64,000 bases of DNA, from contig CAVOVB010000008.1 of the NCBI GenBank assembly GCA_963699755.1, positions 128,001 to 192,000 of the forward strand. Reading direction: 5' to 3'. The translations under genes and the position numbers were made by a program. Positions 10,428-18,181 of this stretch are shown in pieces. Every line of letters begins with the position of its first letter. The stretch's first letter is position 1. The notes beneath the pieces are model-generated. The model saw only the letters and a program-made list of their open reading frames with translations. It searched no databases and had not been told where the DNA came from. This DNA is from an uncultured delta proteobacterium (lineage in GTDB: Bacteria; Myxococcota_A; Polyangia; Polyangiales; Houyiibacteriaceae).

Positions 10428-10487
10428 GGGCAACCAGCCTCGCAGGTTTTGCGCGGCGCTCGCTGAGTTGTGATAACAGACCTGGAC

Positions 10488-11018
10488 GTGAAGCGATTCG
10501 CGGCCATGTTGGTTCTACTCGGATCACTGCTCACGGTGGCCATCCTGGGGCTACCCCAGGTGGCTTCCGCCAATACGGACCTCGTCGTCTTGGACGGTGT
10601 CTTCGGTGGTACCGTCTCCAAGTTCGCCGGGCAGCGGAAATGGCAGCCGACACTTTGGCTCGACGGCTCCTATGGCGTCGCTGGGCCGCTCCACCTGGGC
10701 GGCTACTTCCAATGGATCGGCAGGTCCTGGCCCCTCGATAATCCTGGATTCGGCGGCGGCGGCATGATCGCGCTCCGCGGGAACATCAAGAACCTCCGAC
10801 TCTCTGGCGCGTTTACCGGGGGCTACCTCGGCGTCCCGCTGCCGACCTACGTCGACGGCTCCGGCACGATCGGTGCCTTTGCGGGACTGGGCTACGGCTT
10901 CCTCTCCTGGATGGGCTTCGAAGCGCGGGGTCGCTGGGCGCGCTACTTCAAGCTGCCGCCCGGCGCCCCGAATCACGCCTGGAGCATCGAGGCCGGCTTC
11001 AGCTTCTTCATCAACTGA
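10488..11018 (+). CDS. Hypothetical small outer-membrane beta-barrel protein
   Basis: Signal peptide (VASA), alternating Gly/aromatic strands, C-terminal strand EAGFSFF. Confidence 0.6.
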   Translation: MKRFAAMLVLLGSLLTVAILGLPQVASANTDLVVLDGVFGGTVSKFAGQRKWQPTLWLDGSYGVAGPLHLGGYFQWIGRSWPLDNPGFGGGGMIALRGNIKNLRLSGAFTGGYLGVPLPTYVDGSGTIGAFAGLGYGFLSWMGFEARGRWARYFKLPPGAPNHAWSIEAGFSFFIN

Positions 11019-11031
11019 GGACTCCGCGCCG

Positions 11032-11874
11032 CTATCGACGCTCGAGGTTCTCGACTGCATGCCGTGCGCGCTGAGCCGCCTCGGGGTCGCCCTGCTCGAC
11101 CGCTTTGATGTACCGCTCGAAGGTCGCGATGGCCGTCTCCGTCTGACCGACACGTTCATAGCAGGATGCCAGGTCGAACAAGAGGTCTGCCGGACCACCG
11201 TCGCCTAGCTCGAGCGCCTTGATGTAGATCGGGATTGCTTCTTTGTATCGTTTGGCGCCGCGGTACGCGATCGCCAGGTTGCGCGCGACCTCCGCATCGT
11301 AGGGGTCGATCGCAACGGCCGGCTCGAGGGCTTTGATCGCCTCCTCGTAGCGTCGCGCCTTACGAAGCGCCACGCCGAGGTTGTTGAGGAGCAGCGGGTC
11401 GTTTGGGATCACCTTCAATGCTCGTTGGTAGGTTGCAATCGCTGCGCCGTTGTCGTTCGATTTGCGGTACGCCACACCAAGATTGAGCCAATGGTTGCTG
11501 TCCTTCGGATCGAGCTCGGTGGCCTTCGTCAGGTACTTCACAGCCTCTTTGGGGCGGTCGAGTCGCAAGAGCGTCGCGCCGGCGAGCCCGCGGGCCCTGC
11601 CATCCTTCGGCGCGAGAGCCACCGCACGCTTAAACGACCCCAGGGCTTCTTCGTAGCGCCCAAGGCGGCGTAGGATCGAGCCGCGGGTGAGCTGCCCCTC
11701 TGCGGAGCTTGGCCGAGCCGCGACTGCGAGGTCGATCTCGGCGAGCGCCTCCTCATATCGACCTTCTGCTCGGAGCGTTTTCGCGAGTTGATAGTGAGCA
11801 TCCGCGGCATCGGCAAGCGCCGCGGGCGTCATGAGCCACAGCACGCACCCCACAATCGCCCCCATCCACTTCAC
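11032..11874 (-). CDS. Secreted tetratricopeptide repeat protein
   Basis: Signal peptide (ALA-D), then ~7 TPR repeats (e.g. WLNLGVAYRKS, LNNLGVALRKA). Confidence 0.88.
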   Translation of the reverse strand: MKWMGAIVGCVLWLMTPAALADAADAHYQLAKTLRAEGRYEEALAEIDLAVAARPSSAEGQLTRGSILRRLGRYEEALGSFKRAVALAPKDGRARGLAGATLLRLDRPKEAVKYLTKATELDPKDSNHWLNLGVAYRKSNDNGAAIATYQRALKVIPNDPLLLNNLGVALRKARRYEEAIKALEPAVAIDPYDAEVARNLAIAYRGAKRYKEAIPIYIKALELGDGGPADLLFDLASCYERVGQTETAIATFERYIKAVEQGDPEAAQRARHAVENLERR

Positions 11875-11880
11875 CCGCTC

Positions 11881-11889
11881 AGAGTACCA
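11881..11889 (-). promoter_or_regulatory. Extended -10 box (TGgTACTCT) 6 nt before the GTG of the TPR gene; candidate leaderless promoter
   Basis: TGgTACTCT-gagcgg-GTG. Confidence 0.5.
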
Positions 11890-11900
11890 CGAGATGGCAG

Positions 11901-12593
11901 CTAGATGCCCGTGTACAAGAGCCCGATCGCCGTCCGAAAAACCGGCGGCATCAAGCGATCGAACAGCACCCAGGCGATGATCAGGCTCATCAGCGCGCCG
12001 CCACCCGAGAACAAGCCGAACCACTTCTCGCGCATTCGGTCGCTCAGGACGAGGGGAACGATCGCGTATCCGTCGAGAGGGGGCAGGGGGATCAAATTGA
12101 AGCATCCAAGAATCAGATTGATCGAAAAAAGCACGCTTACGAAGAGCGCGAGCCCCTGCGCGATACCAGCGGGCGCGACGACGAGGGTTTCGAGGCTCAG
12201 GCCAGTGGCCGGCAGCGTGAAGTAGCCACTCGCCACGCCAAGGCGCATCGCCAGCGCCGCGAGCAAGGCTAGCGCGAAGTTGGAGGCTGGACCGGCCGCA
12301 GCCATGACGGCAGCGCGTCTCGGGTACCTGTTCGCCCAGGTCGGGTCGTACGGCGCGCTTGCCCAACCGATCATCCAGCCTCCGCCTTGTAGAAAGAAGG
12401 ACAAGATCGGGACCACGAGCGTGCCGAAGGGCTCTCGGCGGATGTGGGGCAAGGGGTCGAGCGTCACCTGGGCGGCTGCGGTAGAATCGCCCCCGAACTT
12501 ACCGACTAGGGCATGCGCCGCTTCGTGACAGGTCAGCGATAGCAGGAACGCCGCGAGCCAAAGGGGGAGCTTGGCGAGAAGGTGAAGGTCCAT
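11901..12593 (-). CDS. Site-2 protease family (M50) intramembrane metalloprotease
   Basis: HEAAH, AAGPASN and FNLIPLPPLDG motifs. Confidence 0.92.
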   Translation of the reverse strand: MDLHLLAKLPLWLAAFLLSLTCHEAAHALVGKFGGDSTAAAQVTLDPLPHIRREPFGTLVVPILSFFLQGGGWMIGWASAPYDPTWANRYPRRAAVMAAAGPASNFALALLAALAMRLGVASGYFTLPATGLSLETLVVAPAGIAQGLALFVSVLFSINLILGCFNLIPLPPLDGYAIVPLVLSDRMREKWFGLFSGGGALMSLIIAWVLFDRLMPPVFRTAIGLLYTGI

Positions 12594-12627
12594 CGGTCGG
12601 GCTCAGCCTACTATGAAAACCCGGGCC

Positions 12628-12636
12628 TGCTACATT
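12628..12636 (+). promoter_or_regulatory. Extended -10 box (TGcTACATT) 6 nt before the ATG of the HAD gene; candidate leaderless promoter
   Basis: TGcTACATT-cgctcc-ATG, no Shine-Dalgarno. Confidence 0.55.
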
Positions 12637-12642
12637 CGCTCC

Positions 12643-13353
12643 ATGCAACCCATCATCGCCTTGTTCGACATCGACGGGACGCTCCTGAGTGCTGGCGGTG
12701 CGGGGCGGCGCGCGGTCGAGCTCGCGCTGAGCGAAGTTGTGGTCGCGCTTGAAGATGAAGTGAGTCTCGCGTCGGTCGAGTTCGCGGGGCGTACCGACCC
12801 CTGGATCGTGCGTACGGCGCTCATGCAGCACGGCATAGCTGCCGATGACGCATTGATCGATCATGTGCTCGATCGCTATGTCGCGTATTTGCCGCGCGAG
12901 CTCGAGCTCGCCAGCGCGTTCGAGGTTCTGCCTGGCGTCGTCTCGTTGCTTTCGGAGCTGAGCCAGCGCGACGATGTGGCCATCGGCCTCGGGACGGGGA
13001 ACACCGAGCCCGCGGCGTATGCGAAGCTCGCGCGCGGAGGTCTCGACTCGTTTTTCGCCTTCGGAGGATTCGGGTCCGACCATAGCGACCGGGCTGAGCT
13101 CCTACAGGCCGCGCTCGACAGGGGGCTCGAGCGGACTGGCGCGCGAGCGGAAAGTGCCCGGGTCGTCGTGATCGGAGACACCCCGCACGATGTGGCGGCG
13201 GCACGAGCGATCGGGGCGCGTTGCATCGCAGTGAGCACAGGCAGCTACGACGCAGCCGCTCTGAGGGCCTCGGGTGCGAACACGGTGGTATCGGACCTCA
13301 GTGCCCCCGAAGTCCGCACCGTGTTCGACATGTCCTGGGTCGAATGCGTGTAA
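12643..13353 (+). CDS. HAD family hydrolase (phosphoglycolate phosphatase-like)
   Basis: LFDIDGTL, GTGN, GGFGSD, IGDTPHD. Confidence 0.9.
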   Translation: MQPIIALFDIDGTLLSAGGAGRRAVELALSEVVVALEDEVSLASVEFAGRTDPWIVRTALMQHGIAADDALIDHVLDRYVAYLPRELELASAFEVLPGVVSLLSELSQRDDVAIGLGTGNTEPAAYAKLARGGLDSFFAFGGFGSDHSDRAELLQAALDRGLERTGARAESARVVVIGDTPHDVAAARAIGARCIAVSTGSYDAAALRASGANTVVSDLSAPEVRTVFDMSWVECV

Positions 13354-13383
13354 CGATTTGCCGACACGTGCAATACTCCCACG

Positions 13384-14268
13384 GTGAACGCGCAATCGAA
13401 GGCTTGGTACGGGCGCTGGTGGGCGGTCGCGCTGCTGATCATTCTCATCATTGCAGCGACGGGCCTGGTCACCGTCAAAGCGCTCGGCATGCGCTCGATT
13501 CGAGTGGATGCAAAGCCATTCGAGCAGACCGGGAATGGCTTCGACTACGGCTGGTGGGACGCGGCGCTCGGCAGATGGGTGCGTGCAGAAGGCATCGACT
13601 ACGATGCGGTCCAAGCGGACGAACCTGACTTGCGTCGTTTCGTTGCGACGCTGGGGGCAATGGGTCCGAGGTCAACCCCGGAGCGCTTCGCGACGGAACC
13701 CGAGCGCCTCAGCTACTACATCAACGCCTACAACGCACTGGTCCTCTTTGCGGTCGTGGATAACTGGCCGATCGACACGGTGCAGGACGTCCGTGGATGG
13801 CTCAACCCAAGGGCGGGCTTCGGATTCTTCTACGGTCTCCGATTGCCACTCGACGGAGGAGAGACCAACCTCTACGAACTCGAGAACGAGCTGATTCGCG
13901 GCTTCCTCGACGCACGGATCCACGCCGCCATCAACTGCGCATCAAGATCCTGTCCCTCTCTCATGCCCTGGGCTTTCGTCCCCACCCAGCTCGATGCGCA
14001 GCTAGACGAGGTGACCCGGGGTTTTTGTTCGAGCCCTGCCCACGTTCGGGTCGACGTCGCGGCCGAGGAGATCCAGCTCTCGGCGATCTTCGATTGGTAC
14101 AAGCCCGACTTCGAGGAGCACGCGCGGCGCCTGGGCCGCCCGGCCACGATTTTGGACTTCATCCTGGCCTATGCCACGCCTGAGGCGGCCGCTGAGCTCG
14201 AACGGGCCCGCTCAGCCGAATTTGAGGTGGTTTTCCGGCACTATGACTGGGCGCTCAATCGTCTTTGA
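13384..14268 (+). CDS. DUF547 domain protein with N-terminal membrane anchor
   Basis: YYINAYNAL, DARIHAAINCASRSCP, LSAIFDWY, YDWALN. Confidence 0.85.
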   Translation: MNAQSKAWYGRWWAVALLIILIIAATGLVTVKALGMRSIRVDAKPFEQTGNGFDYGWWDAALGRWVRAEGIDYDAVQADEPDLRRFVATLGAMGPRSTPERFATEPERLSYYINAYNALVLFAVVDNWPIDTVQDVRGWLNPRAGFGFFYGLRLPLDGGETNLYELENELIRGFLDARIHAAINCASRSCPSLMPWAFVPTQLDAQLDEVTRGFCSSPAHVRVDVAAEEIQLSAIFDWYKPDFEEHARRLGRPATILDFILAYATPEAAAELERARSAEFEVVFRHYDWALNRL

Positions 14269-14363
14269 GTGCGCTGGCTTACACAAAAATACTGCACCGC
14301 TCGACGAGAAGTGCCATAGGCTAGTAAGCTTTGATGGATGATTCGGGGGGATCAGGGAGCGGG

Positions 14364-14807
14364 ATGAAACGCCCTGCTTCAGTAGTACTTGCGCTGGCGT
14401 TGGTCCTGGTCGTTGCTGGCTGTCCGGGGAGCCTCGACAACCCCGAAGCCTTCATCGACGGCGGAACTCCGCCCAAAGACGCCGACACGGTGTTTGAGGA
14501 GAGCTGCGCGACTCTGGGTTGCCACGACGATATGACGGAGGCGTCCGGGCTCAATCTGCTCCCGCCTGGCGTCGCAGATCGCGTCGTAGACCAGGATGCG
14601 GAGGGGCTGGGATGCGAAAGCAGGAAGCTGGTCATAGCCGGGGATCCAGACAGCAGCTACCTGCTCGACAAGGTCCTCGGCAGAGCTGGCATTTGTGGTT
14701 CTCGGATGCCGCCACTGAGCATGCTCTCGGATAGCGACACCGAGGTTCTGCGCCAATGGATCATCGATTTGGGCGGTTCCGCTGGGGGAACCCCAGACGG
14801 GGGATAG
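14364..14807 (+). CDS. Lipoprotein, putative monoheme c-type cytochrome with CX4CH motif
   Basis: Lipobox VAGC; SCATLGCH; GLNL; GDPDSSYLLDKV; RMPP (candidate distal Met); LRQWI. GGGAG RBS. Confidence 0.72.
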   Translation: MKRPASVVLALALVLVVAGCPGSLDNPEAFIDGGTPPKDADTVFEESCATLGCHDDMTEASGLNLLPPGVADRVVDQDAEGLGCESRKLVIAGDPDSSYLLDKVLGRAGICGSRMPPLSMLSDSDTEVLRQWIIDLGGSAGGTPDGG

Positions 14808-14810
14808 TCG

Positions 14811-16571
14811 ATGCGAATCTTGCGCCTCGGCGCGCTGACATTACTGCTCAGTTTGTTTTCCTTTGGAGGTGTGGCCCTTGCCGAGGACAGCTCGGTCGCG
14901 TTGCTACCGTTCCAAGGCTCGCAATCCGCCAAGGTCCGTGAGAGCGTACAGAAGGGTTTGAGCGCGGCAGAGGTCGAGCTGGTTTCACTCCAGCGAGTCA
15001 GCGCCGTCGTGAAGAAGACCAAGGGATACGCGAAGCAGGCGGCCGCGCTCGAGGCAAGTGCGCTGGTCCGATCTCGGGTCCGGCGTATCGAAGGCCGTTG
15101 GATTGCTGACACCGAGATTCGCAACGAGAAAGGGAAGCTGGTCGAGAAGTTTCGAAACACCTCTTCGTCCATCACACGCCTCTCCAATCGAATCGTTGCA
15201 CAACTGCTCAAGACGGGGCGAATGCCCCAGGGCGCAGGAGCCGAAGCGGTGGCCGTGGCTCCGAAGTCCGAACCCGAAATGCCCGCGCCGACCCTGCCAC
15301 GCCTGGTCGTCCGACCCTTCTCGGGCATCCAAGCGGGAAAGATCCGGGCAGGAGCCGTGCGCGGTCTCCGCTCTGAAGCCGTGGAGCTATTTCCGAACAA
15401 CGCGTTCGTGGCCAAGGCGAAGAGCCTAGGTGTCGATCTGGGATCCGACGAAGGGCACGTCGCGCCAGCTTCCGCACTGGCGGTAAGTGGGCTCATCGAG
15501 GGTGACGTCTTGCGCGAGGATGGCGTCTGGTCTGCATACGTTCGCTTGGTCGATGGCGATAGCGCGGAGGTGATCAGTCAACACTTCTACGACGCTAGTA
15601 CTTCGACGGCGCTCGCGAAGTCCGTGCAGACGAATATCGGTTCCGACTTCCGCAGAGACATCAGGAAGCTCGGTGTCGGCCTCCCAGGTGCGGCCGTTGC
15701 TGCGCCCATCGCCGCGGCGGCTCCGGCTCAGGCCGAGAAGAGCTCGGCGAAGACCGAGGAGAAGGCCGAGCCGAAATCCAAGACCAAAACCAAGACCAAG
15801 ACCAAGCGCGCGCGCGGAGACCGACCGACCGCCGTGGACATCGAGCTCGACTTCCGCGTGGTGCATCGAACCTTTCAATACAATGATGTCCTGATCGACG
15901 ATCCTCGCGGTGAGTTGCGGGACTACACGCTCAACGCAGGTCCTGGCGTCGGCATCAAGTTCCAGTACTTCCCGGGCGCGCACTTCACGGCCGGGGCAGG
16001 AGCACAGTTCGGAATCGACTTCGAATGGGAGCGCTTGATCGGAATCGACTCGACTCGCGCCGATGGCCAGACGTTTCCCACGGAGGCACAGCAGTTCCTC
16101 ATCGGCCTTCGCTGGAGATACCCGAAGGGGCGCTGGGAGCCCTCGCTCGTCCTCGACTACGGCGTGCAGCGCTTCAGCTTCGGATTGTCGGGCCCGCCGG
16201 TGCCAAATGAAGACAACACAGCGGGCATCCCCAGCGTGAAGTACGAGTTCGTTCGGCTCGGCGGCGGGTTTCGGGTGGCTATCGGGAAGAAAGAGCTTTT
16301 CATCTTGGCCACGAACATCGCCTTTCGCGGGGTCTTCTCCGTCGGGCCAATCGGCACGAGCCTCTGGTTCCCGGAGGCCAGGGCCAACGGCATGGACGCG
16401 ATGCTGATGATCGGCTTCGCGCTTCCAAAGGGCTTCGAAATCCGGCTCAGCGGCGACTATCGGCGCTACGGCTTCGATTTGAACCCTGTGCCGGGGACTG
16501 CGCCCTACGTTGCCGGAGGAGCGCTCGACCAGTATTTTGGTGGCGCAGTCGGCGTGGCGTGGCGCCGATAG
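14811..16571 (+). CDS. Secreted protein with two tandem alpha/beta domains, a Lys/Thr linker and a C-terminal beta-barrel
   Basis: Signal peptide (ALA-E); repeated VxPFxGxQxxKxR...GL...VEL...ALxxSxL...W module; KTKTKTK linker; amphipathic strands ending GVAWRR. Confidence 0.65.
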   Translation: MRILRLGALTLLLSLFSFGGVALAEDSSVALLPFQGSQSAKVRESVQKGLSAAEVELVSLQRVSAVVKKTKGYAKQAAALEASALVRSRVRRIEGRWIADTEIRNEKGKLVEKFRNTSSSITRLSNRIVAQLLKTGRMPQGAGAEAVAVAPKSEPEMPAPTLPRLVVRPFSGIQAGKIRAGAVRGLRSEAVELFPNNAFVAKAKSLGVDLGSDEGHVAPASALAVSGLIEGDVLREDGVWSAYVRLVDGDSAEVISQHFYDASTSTALAKSVQTNIGSDFRRDIRKLGVGLPGAAVAAPIAAAAPAQAEKSSAKTEEKAEPKSKTKTKTKTKRARGDRPTAVDIELDFRVVHRTFQYNDVLIDDPRGELRDYTLNAGPGVGIKFQYFPGAHFTAGAGAQFGIDFEWERLIGIDSTRADGQTFPTEAQQFLIGLRWRYPKGRWEPSLVLDYGVQRFSFGLSGPPVPNEDNTAGIPSVKYEFVRLGGGFRVAIGKKELFILATNIAFRGVFSVGPIGTSLWFPEARANGMDAMLMIGFALPKGFEIRLSGDYRRYGFDLNPVPGTAPYVAGGALDQYFGGAVGVAWRR

Positions 16572-16622
16572 CGGCCCGTGCATGAAGTTCCCCAGCTAGG
16601 ATTTGCGGGCTAGGATGAGGCC

Positions 16623-17360
16623 ATGAATCGTGCATGGGCGGTCTTTGCCATAGCGATGCTGGCCCTTGGGTGCCGGAGTCGGGAAGCGCCGGTTCGCGGC
16701 GCGCACCCGGGCGTCGATCTGCCACCGCCCAATCTAGAGTCGGCTGAACCTGCAAGAGGCCAAGCCGAAACACCCGCGGCGCCAGAGCCGCGCGAGCTGG
16801 GACGCATCGTGATCGGAACGACGACCGAAGAAATCGTGCAGCGGGACCTGGGCGCGGAGCTCCACGCCGCGCTCGGCTCCCCGACCATGTGCCTTCGGGA
16901 CTACGCTTCGGACCGCCCGACGACGATTCGAATCAGCGTCAGCGCGATCGTCCGACCGACGGGTATGTGCATCGAGCCCAAAGCGTATGGTTCCGGGCTG
17001 TCTGCGGCGGCCCTCAAGTGCATCGAGCAACGCGTCGGCACAGTGGTCTTGAAGGAGCTCGAGGACACGACCGAGTCGAAGACCGCCTCCACGGTCGTCG
17101 AAATCAACTACGAGCCCCCGGCCATCGTCGAAGCGGATCCGGGAATGCCGGAGCCGGATCTGAAGAACGCCAGCTATCCCTTGCCGAAGCGGCCAACCCT
17201 CCCGCGGACAGGGATCCCCATTGACGATCGCTTTCGAGGTTGGCTCGATGGTGGCGACGTGAAGCAGATCGAAGGCACGAAGCCCAGAAAGATCGTCGGC
17301 CCCAAACCGCGCGCGATCGATGGATACGAAGTGGACGAAAACGCTCAGGACTGGCGCTGA
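16623..17360 (+). CDS. Lipoprotein with AgmX/PglI C-terminal (TonB_C-like) domain
   Basis: Lipobox ALGC; Pro-rich linker; MCL...VRPTG...SGLSAAALKCIEQRV pattern with paired Cys. Confidence 0.55.
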   Translation: MNRAWAVFAIAMLALGCRSREAPVRGAHPGVDLPPPNLESAEPARGQAETPAAPEPRELGRIVIGTTTEEIVQRDLGAELHAALGSPTMCLRDYASDRPTTIRISVSAIVRPTGMCIEPKAYGSGLSAAALKCIEQRVGTVVLKELEDTTESKTASTVVEINYEPPAIVEADPGMPEPDLKNASYPLPKRPTLPRTGIPIDDRFRGWLDGGDVKQIEGTKPRKIVGPKPRAIDGYEVDENAQDWR

Positions 17361-17379
17361 GATCGGCGTGTTGTCGCTG

Positions 17380-17973
17380 TCAGCGTCGATGCTTCCGGAG
17401 ACGCCTTCGCGCTAGCACGCCGACGAGCAGCAGGCTGAACGCAACCTTGGAGTAGTCGAGCTCGGAGCTTTGCACCGTGCAGCTGCAGCCTTCGTCGCTT
17501 GTGTCGGTGTCCCCGGAGCTTCCGCCAGCACCGCCGGTGCCGCCAACACCCCCGGTGCCGCCGGTGCCGCCGGTGCCCCCGGCGCCGCCAGCACCGCCCG
17601 TGCCATCGTAGCTCTGACTTCCGCTCACACAGGGCTCGATCGTGAACTCGACCCTGTCCATGTTGTCCTCGTCTGCGCGGTCCACAGCCATCGCTGCGCC
17701 CACGAACGGGGTAGTGTTGTTGCAGGAGATGGAGCTGTTCTGGAACGGGCCGAGCTCGGGGGTGCACCCTTCGACACTGCCGCTGATGATGATATCTCCG
17801 GGGCTCGGGCCCCGCGCATCGACCAAGACCTCGACGCCGTACCCTAGCCCGGCGTCACACTCCGATGCGAACGTCCACGTGACCTCGTAAATTTTCATGT
17901 CCTGAGCCGTGGTAACATTGGCGTAGCCGAGTGTGAGCAGACCAGCCGTTAACATCCTGGTGAACTGTCGCAT
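17380..17973 (-). CDS. MYXO-CTERM sorted surface protein with Gly-rich linker
   Basis: Signal peptide, small Cys-containing beta domain, (GGTGG/GGAGG)n linker, then GCSC, a hydrophobic helix and ARRRLRKHRR. Confidence 0.8.
   Translation of the reverse strand: MRQFTRMLTAGLLTLGYANVTTAQDMKIYEVTWTFASECDAGLGYGVEVLVDARGPSPGDIIISGSVEGCTPELGPFQNSSISCNNTTPFVGAAMAVDRADEDNMDRVEFTIEPCVSGSQSYDGTGGAGGAGGTGGTGGTGGVGGTGGAGGSSGDTDTSDEGCSCTVQSSELDYSKVAFSLLLVGVLARRRLRKHRR
17520..17605 (-). repeat. Imperfect 9-bp tandem repeats encoding a GGT/GGA glycine-rich linker
   Basis: Repeated (ccggtgccg/ccagcaccg) units on the + strand. Confidence 0.8.
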
Positions 17974-18181
17974 GCACGGCAGCGTAGCAAGATGCGGACC
18001 ATAGCGGCGAAGCTCCCCAAAGTGGCTCCAGGCCCTGGCAAACCAAGAATGAGCCGACACCGATGCTGAAGAAGCGCGGGCCGCCAACCCCAGCCCTGGC
18101 GAAAAGGATGCACTCGATCGCCTCACGACGCAGAATTTGCACTCATCTTCGCGATTTCCCGATGCAAGCTGCTGACGGTAG

